Positions 26,301-40,760 are shown, counted from the stretch's first letter. The stretch: 64,000 nucleotides of DNA from Ophelia neglecta (GCA_965285935.1 OZ260662.1:34968001-35032000), one strand, 5' to 3'. The notes: a model not told the origin generated them from the sequence alone. Numbers and translations: made by a program.

Positions 26301-27459
26301 TCACCAACAAAAATGCTCCCTGGAGAACAGGCACCTTATGCAACTCTTAATAAAATGTGCATTCATTGCACGACCAAGCCTATATTGAAACAGGAAAAAT
26401 CATCAGTTCCTTTTATACATTGAACCTGTGGAAAGTGATGTAATTCACACAAGTTGCGTTGATTCTATAGAAATTCTATCCACAGTTCAGAGAGTTGGCG
26501 GTGGAGGGTGAATCCAACCCACCACAGTCTCACGGAGCTCAATAGAACACCTTCGACGGAGCCCTTGATGAATTCAATAGATAGAAGGTAGTTAGGAGAT
26601 GGATGCAAGGGACGCGCTGCACTTGCTATAATGAGCGATGACAAGCGGGATTAGTTTTCAACAGTCGCTGACAGGTAAAGGAGACACTAGCTGCCACTCC
26701 TCAACCTTAGTTACTTATCTGCGCTTGCAGGTATTTTTAAGACGCCCCATGCTGAAATTCATTTGGGATATCTTGTGTTTTCAGTTATGGACTACTTTGT
26801 ATTCGGGATAACAACGGGATCATTCATGTATTGGACCTGTACAACTTTCTCCGGCGAAAATGACATGTGCATTTTTGTAAAACTGTAAGTCAGTCACCAT
26901 CTTTGTTCGTCTCTCTCAATGGTACCATTCAATACCGTTTTCACTTCAAAAGATTTGATATGTAATTTTGATAATTGTAAGGGTTGACTAGAATGAAAAA
27001 GCAAGGAAGACCGAAAAGACAGAGTGTTTTTCCTTCGCTTGTACAACGGGGCCTGTCTCTTAATAATTATCATGTTTCTTTATTATTTTGTCACAGGCCC
27101 TGCGGCATTTTGTCATTGATTCCAGCTAAAAGCAATATGTCAAACAAGTTGACGTGTTTTTTACTTAAGGTATTTCCTGTGTTAACAATAGATTTAAGAT
27201 GAACGAGGTTGTACTTGGTGATGCTATAATAGAAGTGGTCTGGTTCAGGCAGTGTTATATGATGTGCTATTTTCATTATTTATTTACGTGCCTTTGATTA
27301 CTTGGGGAAGGTATTGTGGTTGCTTATGTGCGAGTCCGGTATGATTATAGAATGACCGGCGGGGGAGGGGGTGGTCTTGACGGGAGGGAGAAGGAGTAGT
27401 AAACCCTAGAGCTCCTGGATGTCTAACCCTCTGTCCACTGTGTTAACATCATTGAGGTC

Positions 27460-27910
27460 AAACGGACGTGTACAATGTAATCTGTGAGGTATCATAGCAC
27501 TGGGCCTTACTGTCTAAATCAAAACCAAACATGTCCCTTTCCAGCAAGAATGAGAGTAATATTCTTCTATTGTATAGTTCCACTCCATCTAGAATTGCCA
27601 TCAAATTCTAGTTCGATTGGTAAGACCAAAACTAGCGCTTTCAATGGGCGTTGGGCTTGCGAAGGGCATATGTTGCTTAAAGCATAACAATGCTCTGGCC
27701 ACGGAGTGTCAACACAGTATTTACCATTGCAATAGCTGGTTTAGTGATGGAGCCGCGGTTATTTTACATTCGTGGATGGTCTTTTGTTCACTGCGTTCAC
27801 CCTGGGCGTTTTATATAGATTTGTATCCGCGGCCACACGGAGATAGTGCATTAGATGTCTGGTCCGAACTAAATACAACTATATTCTATCGACTACTTTC
27901 ATCCCTTTAA
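27460..27910 (+). pseudogene. Decayed Ig domains
   Basis: NVICEVS*HW, then AFNGRWACEG, DGAAVIL and LDVWSEL. Confidence 0.3.
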
Positions 27911-28729
27911 TATTTACTTAACTGAGTTTACACATGCATCCTGTAAACTTCATTCAATTTTGGAGTGCCTTTTGACCATTTTCTATGGGTTATTGTTGGA
28001 GTAATTGCTCTAGCATGGACAAAATTTTGACGATCAATTGAACCGAACACAATGATGCCCCGGATGCACAATAATCACCTAAAACCATAGCCAGTATATA
28101 TTATATGAATGTTTATGTTCTTTTACAAGTCGCCAGCCAAGGTTGTGACTGTTGTCGAGATGCTTGGCATGCAAGAGACCTCCGTGAAGTTTTCAACAGC
28201 TTACCGCATATTAATGATGTCTAAGTCAAGTTTTAAACAATCTTCATTTTATGTATACAAATGAGAGTATGTAGCAATACATGTACTTTCCCCCAATTAT
28301 CTTTGATGATCATTATAACGTAATTTTTATTGCATTATCTGTGTATGAAGAAGTAGCTAATGTGTTTATTAACAGTTTCGATTTTGTCTCCGAGGTGAAT
28401 TGCTCTATTTTGTAGTGTTTAATACCATACTATTTAGTTGGTCCTATAAAGGTAATGAGGATGATTCATAGATTTACATTTATGAAACGTTTTATTTTAA
28501 TAAATAGCTGGTATTCTTCGTAGAAAATGGCAGCAAACAAGAGTTTATATGGTCAGATATGACGTGTTTGCTAAAAATAGGCCTGGCGAGATTCCTGTCG
28601 CTTAAAAATAACAATCATAACTCAAAAAGCTATGTAACTGTGGCTGTTTTGAGGACCCTTTTACATCAATGAACCAAGTAGAGCTATGTTATACACTATA
28701 AAGAAGTTATTTCGATTCTTACAAGTTTC

Positions 28730-29135
28730 GCGGAATGTCGTGTCCAATCAGTTAAGTGTGGCCGTGTAGGACTTGCACTGAGAAAACCCGGCGTGCCGTG
28801 GCTGCTGAAAGATGGTATTGTCAGTCTCTCCCACATATTCTTTTGGGTATATCACCGATGCTAGCATCTTTAGAATTTAAGTCACGTAAGGGCAATTACT
28901 AATGATTGGCGTGGTGTTAATTTTCGAAATCGCTCGCGGGCGGACACAACAACACTGCGCATTTTCTGTGTCAGTTTTGAATGTCAGTATTGTCGATTCG
29001 CATAGAGGCTTGTTTAAACGCTTGAACATGGTGAATCGCTTTTGTCCTGGCACTAGTTTCTCTCCATTGTATCCAGGTAATGGATATCTCGCTGTTTATC
29101 TTTCAGCGCCTCTCCAACAAAAATTCACAGAATGA
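28730..29135 (+). pseudogene. Decayed Ig V-type domain
   Basis: IFFWVY, then FSVSVLNVSIVDSHRGLFK-R (CGC where Cys TGC is expected), then GNGYLAVYLSAP. Confidence 0.5.
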
Positions 29136-29941
29136 CTAAGGCCATTGAACAAAAAGATCACAACAAAAGGCTGCGTAGAGTTGTTTCCAACGAGACAAAT
29201 TTTCATAAATCTTCAGCTTTTTGACGCAATTGTCACTGGGACTCCTCGCTTTGCCAACATTCTATAAGAGTGCCAAGCGACCCGGGGCAGCCGCTATTGA
29301 CGAGCATAGAAATTTCCTTCAAAGAACTCCTTTTACTCGCTTGTGAAGGCCCTTTCATACAGGCCCGCAGAAACACATAATAATTGCTTGCAAATCAGTG
29401 TGTGATGCGTTAGAAAAGAAAAAACGAGCCAAGCCAATTGGGATGCACCACCCCTCTATGTATGCTTGTGCTAAATGACTGCGTTTCTTTTATGTAGCCC
29501 TCTAATAATAGATCTCTCGTTGCTTTTGTCTCTTTCAAACTCATTGCTAGACCAATGACTAGGAATTCAGTCAGGCAGCTTGAGGCAGCAGCGTGCAGAC
29601 GTGCTCAGAGGTGAGTGTGATACAGTCAATTTTACTAGTCTTACTTTCTTATTAGGGTCATCTCGTTTCGCAGTAATAGTGGCTGTTTCAGATTCCTTAC
29701 ATATCAATATCATACGAGACAGCCTACGTGAGGGTCGAGGCCAGTCACCAGCCGATCAGGCTTTGAACAGCCAAAGTCAGAACAATATATACCAATGAGT
29801 GCTCATGTGCGTTCATGATTACGCAAGAAAAGCGGCCAGTTAGCTTCCTCGGGAGATAACTTAAACTTACAGTTGACCTTCAGCCTTGAGTCTGCTCGTT
29901 AGATTTCTTGTCGTCTGCTGGATCGTTTGGAGTTTTGTCAG

Positions 29942-30617
29942 ATTTTATTCTTGTCCTTTTTTATTTCAATTTGTTCATGTTGTTCCGGTTGCTGCCATCT
30001 TCTGTTGACATGTAACATGATGTTTCTGACATGAAACACAGTTAAACAGTGTCGGGTTGTCGTTGACAGGCGATCACGTTGAAACGTTTATCATTTGAAC
30101 CACGGCAGACGAGATTTCTCCTCGCTGTTTGCGAAAACCTTCTCGTTTTCTTTCCACCTGTACGCGACACTACCTGTTTGCATGGGGCAAAACGAGTTAA
30201 TTACTCCTTTCATCTGCCTAATTGGAGACCTGTGCAGGTTTCATAACCTTCTATGCACCGGTGAACCCTTGTTTTTATCTGATGCCACTCATGGCAAACA
30301 ATAAATTGATTTCACAGTAACTGTTATTTGTGGACGATTTCGAAGCTCGGTTGATTTTTTTCGTTCCTCTTAAGAGGACGCTACACAAATAAGCCCTTTC
30401 AGATTCAATGAGTGGCTGTTGATGAATCAATGTTATGTTACGAATTTCAAAGGTGTTTTCCACCTGTGTTGATAGCGGTATCGTTTACACCTGCCTTTGT
30501 GGAATTTCACTGCTTTTTTCACCGTCTCAATAGTACCAGGCTCTCTATGCTACCTATTGTAGTACCTGGTTTGCACCCCTGGCGAGCTTGTATTATAACT
30601 CCTCACTTAATGTCTGG
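29942..30617 (+). pseudogene. Decayed Ig V+C2 exon
   Basis: Acceptor ttttgtcag|. Reads FHLYATLPVC..IGDL..CTGEP, then VSFTPAFVEFHC..PGLHPWRACIITP, with a possible donor g|gtatat. Confidence 0.4.
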
Positions 30618-31439
30618 GTATATTTGGTTATGTTTAAACAAATTTGATTGTTATAAATTGTATGTAGTTTTCATACTTTTATCCGGCGATGAATAGGGCA
30701 GACATAGGTGTCACCCCTTCTACACGGCCGGGGAAGCAAGATGTATGGGCAGGCAAGGCCCGCCATTGACAGCATACTGGCTTTATGATAGCTAATTTAT
30801 GAGGCTAAATATCACAATTAATCGGAGTACATGTTAAGGTCAGGTCAGAGTGGAAAGGTTCAGGTTTACCAACTGGTTATTTAGACAAGGTATTAAAGTC
30901 AAAGCCGAACCATATATAGACGGCTAAGTAAATAATATGAACAAAAGAATTACAACTTTAAAGTTTGGATGAAAAATGCCACTGAGTGACTGGCAGAAGG
31001 TAGTCTTTGATCACTGGCGAATATACCCATAGTTTGCATTGTACTCGACGCAGCAAAAAGCCAAACATATCATTTTCAAAAGGTTTCTAAAAAGAGCATT
31101 GATAGTTCGTTCTATATTAATCATCGTCAAGACACCATGAGCCTATATGACTAATTGATAATGTGCTGTTTAAACAATCACTTAACGGTTGAACAATTGG
31201 AGATCACATTTTCAATTGAACAGACCACTTGATTAAAATGGTACAGATCTTGACGTAGTGGAGCATCAGACGCGTGACTGTCGTATGTCGGGTCACTCAG
31301 GCGTATAATTCTCTCTGACATATCTGACACCTACTCCAGTCTATCTTCAGTTGGACATCATTTTGCAAGCACAGCAACTCAAAGGAACGACTCAGCCTGT
31401 TGACTTGTTTGTATATGCTGATTTATAAGCATCAATTTT

Positions 31440-31990
31440 CATTTCTTAAGCCCGATGTATACAAACGGTGCAAGTCTCACATGCAGAAGCAATACTACTT
31501 TACATGTACATACTTTTATCTCCATGAGTCTTGCTTCCTTGAAAAGCATAAGATTGTGTGCTGGTCTTGCCCATATCCTTTCATCCCTTCGTCCACATTG
31601 GTTGGTTCTGATATCTGAAGAGTGTTTGGGCTGCAAGGTTGCCAATAATGGTATCAAAGAACCACGTTCTGCCCGACTATCAATGGCTTGCCGCATTCCT
31701 TTCTGGCCGTGGGGCTTTGACGGGGAGCTCTCCATCCCTATAAAGGCCTTCCTTTGTATCTCTGTCAGGACTTTTAGAATTATGTACACATTAGCTCCAG
31801 AGGGGAGTATTCAACTAGGATTCTATGGAGTCTCATTTAGACTGCACGGCACATTAACAAACCAAACACAACTTGGAACAGCAATAGAGATTGAAAAACA
31901 GGTTTATTTAAAGAAAGCATGCTTTCTTGACTTCGAAAGAGCGCATTGTATAGGAAATAACTACATCTGTAGGACTTGGTAATTTATTTT
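31440..31990 (+). pseudogene. Ig V+C2-like reading frame, 175 open codons but degenerate consensus
   Basis: Longest real ORF in the window: NGASLTCRS..LGCKVANNGIKEPRSARLSM..FLCISV..QLGFY..IGNNYICRT. Confidence 0.55.
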
Positions 31991-33679
31991 CAATACTGTC
32001 TACAAAGCTGAGCCGACTGGAGGTGCAAGATGAACGTTCGCTTTGACCTTTGCATTCGCGGCTACAATTAATCTTGCCCTTGCCCACAGTGCTTTTCTTT
32101 GTAGCCGACGCAGAATAATTTCTTGCATAAATAGTATTTCAGATTGCTTTTCATCTTAAGGATATATCTTGATGAAGTCTATTGACTTATAGATTTTCCT
32201 GTCTTCCAGCGCAAGGAAGTGCGATGAATGGGCCTTTCACTCTCTCAATGAGTCGCTCAGTTAAGGCCGCCCGGTAAATAGGACTCCCCATTCTTCTCGG
32301 CACAAAAGTTATAGAACACGAAATTACGGATCTATTTGAAATTGTGAGGCATTATAGGTTTTCTTTTGTAGACTTCATAATTACTAACCATAAATCACTG
32401 TAGAATAATGGGACTCGAAAACAAATCACTTACGTGTTGTGAATCTCGCATACAGCGAGATTGCCGACTGAATAAGTGTCTTCGTTCGTCAAAAGAAGCG
32501 GGGAAAATTGCGTGTAAATTCTGTCTCGACTCCATTAAGAAGATGAGATATATTCTTCTTGGCAAGCCAAGCCTCTATTTGCCTCGACGGTACTTGAATC
32601 TGAAATTTCCTGGCCATAGAAATGAGGAGAATGGGGAAGTATCGGTTTGGGGTGTTGGCAGCGGACCATTGGGGAGGAGATCGTTCCTGCTCGATGGCAG
32701 AAGACGGATGGGTTGCTGTTCGTCCTCGGAGTCACTGAGGCAGAAAGGGGGGAGATGTTTAAGGTGTTGGGTCAGAGGAGGTAGCTATTAGAGAGAGAGA
32801 GAGAGTGCGTGTAAGATAGAATGTGATGGCTGGGCTTTTGAAGGATGAAGGGGCAAACCCAAGGGGGAATACTATACAACTAGGCTGCAGTTCAGGCTAA
32901 GATACTTATTGACCTGTCATGAAGGTGTTGTTGTTCTCCCAATGTTTGCAGCTTTTTCCTTTCGCAGTTTTTTTTTTAAAGTGCCGAACTTTAATCTTTA
33001 AAACTGGTTAGTTAAGTCTACTTGACTCTCAATGACCTAGATATTATCTCCGTTGTTAAATTCGCTGCACTCGCTGCTTGACCCATTTCTACTTCATATT
33101 TTGTTTGAATTTATTATATAAATAACTGAGAAACTATCACTATTTGGGTATACCCTCTTGTCCTGAAAGGAGCATCCATAATCGAATAGAAAGGCACAAA
33201 AAGAAAATCTAGTTAAGTTAACAACTGTCGATTTCTTTATAATTGATATTTTATACATAGCCTCTATCGTTTGAGTTATGGTACCAAGCTTGATATTCAG
33301 AAATGAAATAGAGCACGCTCTGTGTGCCAATCAATATAGCCACCCTAAATCCTTTTCCAAAACAGAGGCAATGGAAAGAATTAATATGATAGCTGTAGTT
33401 CAGTCTTTACTATGATATTTCTTCACTCTCACCACTTTTTTGCTTTTGGATTAAGAGAGAGGACTTAGTGTACGAAAACTAACCTAAAGTAGCCGCTTAT
33501 ACATATTGTATGCTAAAACCTGTATGGGATATTTTACAATCACGTGACACGTTATTGCTCAACATGTATGTAGGCTCAGTAGGGGTTATTTCCTGAACAC
33601 TCACTCCCATACTTTACAAGGGTGGCTATGATAATTAACCATTTAACTTTAAACATGGGAGTTCCATTTTGCCACCAAA

Positions 33680-34055
33680 ACTTAGAAGAAAATGAATATA
33701 ATCCTTCCAAATATATCAACAGTTTGAAAGAAATCATTGACCTGCAATATCATCACATATTCCTCGAAAGACTGAGTGGTTTTTAACACAGCCTGTAAAG
33801 GCTGCACTATGTCATAACTGTTTAAATGTATGTATATCATGTACACTTCCTTTGGATACACCTACTGCGTGCCATCTGTGAAATATTACATTTTGGCTGG
33901 AATACCTGCACAAATGATTTGAAAAGCCCTTTGAAATATCAGGTGCGCCACACTTACCTAACTATGGAAAAACATTGCATTTCTTTAGTCATTTCTTTAT
34001 TGAGCCACGAGCATACTTCAGCAATCACCAAAGAGCCACTTCATGCCTGGTCCTT
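33680..34055 (+). pseudogene. Decayed Ig V+C2 exon
   Basis: NIILPNISTV*..LTC, then ICEILHFGWN..TYLTMEKH, with donor |gtaagt at about 34056. Confidence 0.3.
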
Positions 34056-34477
34056 GTAAGTCCCATTGATGGCGAAATATAATAGGGATATATGTATTTT
34101 ATTCATGCTTGTATATTGTTTGGGAATAATAGAAAAACGGCTGACATTTCATACTTACCTGGCACATTGAATGTTCATTTAAACGAGTGTTGTATAGGCA
34201 AAATACAAGTCTCTATATCCCTTTCTCTACAGCTATATATCATGTCAATGCATTCCAAATGTAAGCAAGATTTATGATTGTTTGATAAAAGGGCTAATTG
34301 TTATTGGCTAGGTTGGGACGAATTCATCTATTATGAAAAGGCAACTCACCGACCGGCTTTTATGTTTAACTTCTTGTTAAGACACGTAACATGTTTTAAT
34401 AGAATTCTTACATTAGCTGTAGCTGTTTCCGCGGTATAACATCTGATGTTTTAATGTCTCTTTTTCGCAGTTTGCAG

Positions 34478-34924
34478 GTTCGACGGTGTCGTGATACTTG
34501 CACAGTGTGCCCAGAACCGTTCCCAGCTGTATTCAGGAAAAACACAGTTGTCTGTAAAGGAATTAGGGAGAAACCACTCGACTTTACAACAAAATGGAAT
34601 ACCTTACAAGCGATGCTTTGGAATGATAATTTCGAATAAAACTGCGGATCACATACCTGAACTATTAGTGTCGTCATGTTACAACAAATTGGAATCTCCA
34701 ATATGGATAACGTCAGAAATTTAATATTGCTTAAGACCTACTGCTTTATATGTGTTCGATGGAAGGCGTTACACGCCCTTGTGCTTGGTGCTATTTCGAG
34801 GATATACCATGCGAAAAAAGCAGAATACCATGGATATGAAAGGACGGGAAATAAATCTGAAGCGGACGAACTCTCGATATCAATTCAGGAGGTAAAGTGG
34901 TTTTCAAGTGTGTTGCACTTTTAA
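34478..34924 (+). pseudogene. Decayed Ig exon
   Basis: Strong acceptor tctctttttcgcagtttgcag|. Reads VCPEPFPAVFRKNTVVCK..TKW, IGISNMD..TYC and EVKWF. Confidence 0.4.
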
Positions 34925-35771
34925 TTTATAAAGTTTTTTGTATAGCTTATGGGAAGTGATATAGATATGCTGGGCTTCGATACTTTGTGGGAGAGAAATT
35001 AGTACATATCTCCCTCGCCCATGAATCACTGGGCTTGAGGGATAATAATACCACTATGTATACTGTCAAAAAAAATATAGCTAATCATATCGTGGAGAGC
35101 TATTGAATTCATTTTGTGAATGTCAGGAGGGGGGGGGGGGGGGGGGCGGCGGATAGGTCACTCTTTTTTTTGCATAGGGGGAGCTAGATCGTTGTAGCCT
35201 TCAGTTAAAACTAACGAGTGTATCTTGATCATATAAGGTCAGAAAGGACAATTTGTAACGTTTATATCTGCCAGCTGGCTTTAAATGAGGTTACCTGCCA
35301 TGTGTGTATGTATGGTTTTTTTATTTCTTGTTTGCATGGGGTTGCATGGGATGGGTTTTAACTGTTAAAACATTCACAGCCTGCGGACATAAAAAGAAAT
35401 TAATGCCCAAAATTCTCAACACGGAAAAACACAATTGTCGCATTCAAATGACTTTAAGGTTCAATGTCTTTAATTAAAAAAATTAAAACTTTCAATGATA
35501 CCCATCTTACAAGATAATGATTTATAGGCCAAGGTTTGACACAGCTAAAGACCAGAGATTCTCCTTGTCAATGTATCTAGAGAGCACAAGTTGAACGTTT
35601 TAGAAGATGTTTTGTACATACCCACCCTGCAAGGATTTATTTTCCGGGTTATGACCCAAAGGAGGGTATTTTAGGCTTTTTATGGGAATAAAACTTCTTT
35701 GTGGGGAAAAAATAGCGACCATAAGATAGACAAATAATAAAAGCAAGAAAAAAATAGGTAATCACACTACT

Positions 35772-35831
35772 TTTTGAGCAAATTTTATTTTTCATCAAAC
35801 CTTTTGAGCAAATTTTATTTTTCATCAAACC
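35772..35831. repeat. Perfect 30-bp tandem duplication
   Basis: TTTTGAGCAAATTTTATTTTTCATCAAACC x2. Confidence 0.95.
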
Positions 35832-35885
35832 AAGAAATTTAATTAAGCTAAACTTGATGACCAATTTTTGCTGTTCAATTAACAT

Positions 35886-36371
35886 TCAAGACTGTGGTTT
35901 GACCACTTTCGGGCGATAATAACCTATTTTCTTATTGATTGATTCATCAGACCCAGACTGAGGGAGTAATCCAAACAATATTTGAAAAAATATACTTGTT
36001 CTGTCTGACATGGGGTCTAAACCATGATACAACTCTTGTAAGAGCCAAAAAACAGAGAACTTTATCCTTGATATCAGACGTGTACTGACTTCACTTATGG
36101 AAGAATAAATTGTGAATGCTTTGTTATAAAAACAAATTTCATCAATCACGAAAAATGTGTGTCGTTGTAGCTTAATTATTGTTTAGAGGCAAACAAACAT
36201 AAGAAGAAGAAAAACCTTCATTAACTTAATCCATTCATACGGACCACCCCATAGACACGGAGCACAGATTTCCATTAACCATTCCTGCTGTATATTCTCG
36301 ATTTTTATCGAAGAAGAGCTACTTATAAATAAGGCGTGTAGGACGGTCAACGATGTAGTGTCCTTTAACAA
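35886..36371 (-). pseudogene. Possible decayed Ig domains
   Basis: SIKIENIQQE, then FSVFWL..KIGYYRPKV. Confidence 0.25.
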
Positions 36372-36649
36372 TTTATAAATATATATACCAATATAAATAT
36401 GAAGAAATCTTTTCTTATAATCTGTTCACGTCAACAGTGAGGGATGTACATTTTCTTGTGTTTGACAAAACTATAGTTTGGGTGAGTGTTTTTTTGTTTG
36501 TTTTTTAGATTAAGGATGAATCTGAATCATATGTGCGTTTTTTCTGAATCATGATATAAGACCCACACCCATGTCATAGGGTGTTTTCCTTCACGCTGAT
36601 ATTCCATAGATATTGGATATGATGCTGTAACATATACACATTGATTGCA

Positions 36650-36915
36650 TGTTTCTATTATTTGTGCTGGCTGCCATGCACTTTTTATCCACCCTATTCA
36701 GAATCCTCTTTCAGACTCCTGAAAGAACTCCCGACCATCAGGAAATGGAACACATTTCTACGAACAATACTTCTATATATTCGCAGAACTGGGAAACAAA
36801 GCCTTCCTATATCTGCTTCGTCAACTTACGAAATACAGTGATGCATCTTTTGTCCGCCGAGTATTGTTCCTTGGTGTTATTTACACACTTTCGAATGTGT
36901 ACCATTTGCATATAA
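36650..36915 (+). pseudogene. Decayed Ig V-type domain
   Basis: WLPCTF, then HISTNNTSIY..NLRNT..LSAEYC. Confidence 0.35.
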
Positions 36916-37119
36916 TTAGAACATTGATTATTTTAGTTGGCCCTTTATTGACTTCCATGGCTGGTATTAAGAGACATGAGTGAGTGAATTGTGCATATGG
37001 TGTGTGGTTAGTTTTCTCCTTTGTGCCGACATTGTTGGTCGAATTCAAAGGAAAACTTACTGCTTCTATTCCTCACATTAAGCCACAAATAACGGTTTTC
37101 ATAAGAGAATAATACACTC

Positions 37120-37498
37120 CTTTTTGTGAGATTTCCATTCGCATAGGGAGCATTGGATTGGAATCGACATTGACAAATACAGTCGCATGCAACAATGTTA
37201 GGGTCTGGGGGACAACACCACCTCTTTTAGATTGCATGAAGTATTAGCGAGCAGAATAAGAATAGTCTTTTCATCTGCTTTCAGACTTAACAAAGCTTTT
37301 TACTCCAGGAGGGGCATTAGGCCACCATGTCCAACATTTCTAATCTGGTTTGCAAACACTACACATCGAATTCTAATATATACGTTACGGCTGGCAAAAT
37401 TGTCCCTGGCCAAAGGTTGGTTGGTAATTTACTGTTCGATATTCCCTACTCAACAACGAGACACCAGTGTATTTGTTAAAATTGGTCCGAAATGCTGA
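37120..37498 (+). pseudogene. Decayed Ig V-end + C2 exon
   Basis: ISIRIGSIGLE/DIDKYS-R (CGC at the Cys position), TPPLLDC, then FLIWFAN..TLRLAKLS..IYCSIFP..IGP. Confidence 0.5.
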
Positions 37499-37705
37499 GA
37501 AGGGGACATTATCACTGAAGAAACAATCTGTATAGTTGCAATTCATTAGCACTACACCATGTGAAGTAGGCTGCTCGATATCACACAGTGAATACCCATA
37601 CTACTTAGATATAAAATGAACTGGGGAACGCTTGATTATGTTTGTATCGCGCTTTCAAATACTGATACTAGTTTTATTTCAGATGTGGCCACCCGATACG
37701 TCGTA

Positions 37706-38086
37706 TTAAGTTCTGGACAAAAGACCTATATTTAGGCGTTTAAATTGGATTACCTTGGATTTAAATGGCTGTTCAATTTGGTAAGTAGCTTTATTTGATA
37801 GTTTTAATAATAACGTGGACACAGTACCAACACTTCTTGCCACACGTTCGAGAATGATTGCTGGTTCATATAAACATGTATGTCCGAAGGGGCTTTTTCC
37901 GATTAGAATATAGTATTTTAACCCATAGAACACGTCGAGAGTATTTATAGGCCTATTTGCGTCTGGTTTATTCATACTCCTTGGTTCACATTTTTGTAAA
38001 ACGATGCGTCGACGCCGAAATGGCAATCTATAAGTATTCACCAACCATAGACTACTTGTCTCCAGAGAAAACCAAAAGTAGTGCAC
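37706..38086 (-). pseudogene. Possible decayed Ig region
   Basis: 126-codon frame containing INTLDVFYG and TVSTLLLKLSNKATYQ. Confidence 0.25.
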
Positions 38087-38689
38087 GTTTGAAGTAGCTG
38101 GGCTGATATGCTAGAAGTATAGATAGTTGTGTCAGATGCGGTCCGTAACCGTGCCTTTCTACTACTAGCTAAGTAGTCAGCAAAGTAGTAGCAAATGATT
38201 AAACTGAGCACAACCAGAATGGCGGCGACATCTGGCGAATAACAATTTAGTCTATATTACACTATGCTATAATGGCGTAGGCAAAGTGTGTGTAGGTGAA
38301 ACTATTCCCATTTATATAGTACGTCGGGAAACTCGATATTCTAGCCATTGGGGTTATGCCATCGTTTGTAGATTATATGGGTAATATGTGCATTTCTTCT
38401 TATAAGAAATTGCACCATTTATGCATATTTTGGCAGTGTACGGAAATTGTGGCTGCTCTCGGATTAGTACCCACAGGGAGTGATATGCCAAGTACACATG
38501 TTTAAATAAGGGGGTTACTTCAAAAAGCTATAGGTCTGTGGAAGAAGAAAAACACATAACATACCCCGATTTTTTTGTATTATGTTGACTTTTGATGTAA
38601 CTTTTGACAGCTAAGCAGCAAACTGCCTGATAGGTTAGAAATGTACGGAATTTATATTAATGCCATAATGGCCGCCAATGGATCATGCA

Positions 38690-38930
38690 CAAGTCGTTAT
38701 AGCCTAGAGGTAAGGCCTAAGAAAACACGGCATTGGAAAAGTCGCCGGAATGAGCTGCCATCTACCGTCGCAGTAGTATGGAGAACACACGTCTTACCAA
38801 GCAGCTTTCCCACAGCCTCGTAACGCAGTCCAATGCCACCATATAGCATGTTCATTTCCCATACTGCATAGCAAGTTTTCAGATAGAAAAAGGATCGAAA
38901 TATACTGACGTTTTTCAAGTATTTTTCAGT
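38690..38930 (-). pseudogene. Decayed Ig domain
   Basis: KNVSIF..YAVWEMN..VLH..RLFQCRV..TSR. Confidence 0.4.
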
Positions 38931-40760
38931 TTAATCCAACGAGATCAACTCAAAACAGAGCTATTAGTTTGCTTAATAGATCAAAGTGCCTAAAGAGAAC
39001 TGAACGTTCATTTACCAAATATTCTGAAAAGCATGTTGAAGTTTTTCCATTTTTTACACAGGCTAGCTCGGAGATATTTTTAGTACTCTAGGTCTATTCA
39101 ACTGGACGGCACTATTAATTTGGTGAGTGGGATCTATCAGTTTAGCGTTTAGCCTGCAGCCTCCCATCTCTAATTCGACTTGATTTCCCGTCCCAATCCC
39201 GCGGGACTCGGCGAGGCCATGTTTGTTCCGAGAAATGAAGTGTAGCTTATGCCTGGGTCGTGTTATCGTGCCCATCCAGAGTATCTATGTGTTAATTGCA
39301 CCCTCCCCTCCAGCCGGGGGCAATTTCGGTTATGTGAGCCGAGGGACATGGGCAGAAATTATTTATCGAATGAGTCTTGGATTTCAAATAAAATCTCGCC
39401 CATGGCTCGACGACTCGAAAATGACTAAGCTCGATCAGCGAGAAATTGGGGAGTCGTGTTCCAACCAAGTTGAGCTAGCTTAAGGGCATATTTGGGTTAG
39501 TGTTAGCTTAAATTAATCAGAGAAATTAACAAGAGTGTCGTCTTTCTTCAATGTGCAGGTTTCAAGGTCTAAGTTTCTCGAACCCGTCATATCGTTTTCA
39601 GAGAAAATTCAGCCCCAGGAAATCCCGAGAAATTGAGAAACAGCAAACAAAACGTACATTGGTGTTAAATAAACAGATTTTAACTGATTTTCCGGAGAGT
39701 GAATATTTCTTGGGTATAGCTTTCATAATTCACCCTGTTCTTTTCTTCCTTAAAACGAAATAGTTAGTTATCCTTCCCTACAATTTTATATTATTTAGCA
39801 CTAATTATTTTTGGTCAGTATTTATTTATGACTTTCGGTCAGAATTAGAACAGACATTTTCCCATTGATTCACGTCTGTTATATGAATCTTTTCGGGGAC
39901 TACAGAAACTTCTAAGAACAAAGACATGGTTTCTATTGTGACATTTCATAATAGTACGATATCGATGTTTATGGCCGATTTATAGCTTCTATGATCGGTT
40001 TCGCCCTGCAGATCAAACGAATTCCAATGTTTTATTCTCGAGGTGAGAGTGCTTGTAACCTGTATTGTTGCTGGCGGCCATACTTTGATTCTCCGGGAGG
40101 ATCTATTACTCAAAGTTCAGTTTGTGGACCTGTAACGTAATATGTCATTTTAAATTGATCGCTAGAGGTTAGTAGTTATAATGCCCCCGGACCCGGCACA
40201 TGCGGGGAGGAACCCGCCCTATTGGCGCTTTGCTCCGGGGTATTTTTCAGGTGCAACACGACAGTAGTTTGTCAAAGAATGATCACAAAACTGTCACTAA
40301 GAAATGAAGTACTTCTTCAATATTGGACATCTTTTATAAAGCCTGAACGCTGAAGTTTGTAGCTCATTCAAAATAGTCTACAGGCATATCAATCTGTTTA
40401 TTATAATGCTGATAGAAGCTGACAATAGTTTTCGAACTGATGTGAATTTAACTGCTGTTATATCCGAATGTATTTTTTAAACAAATGATAAAAGGGATGT
40501 TGAATAATGCATGGCAAATAGTTAGTCATTTAAAAAAATGGCGTTTGGATTTGTTTGTGCATTTGAATTATGGTGCCATATCTCGAATTATGCAACATCG
40601 CAAATATATATAATAAAAGTGATAAGGTGTCACTCGATCACAGTTTTAATGTTTGGTTTTCAGATGTTCATTTAAGAAAGTTAATGGAAATGAGACTCTT
40701 GTTTATACATCTCGAGAACCTTCTATGTACTTTTTTCCTTGATCTTGTTGACGGTTATAG

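Noticed and set aside
35930-36010. LINE RT 'KYLG'-like motif on the minus strand
   Set aside because: Needs a frameshift, and there are no other RT motifs.
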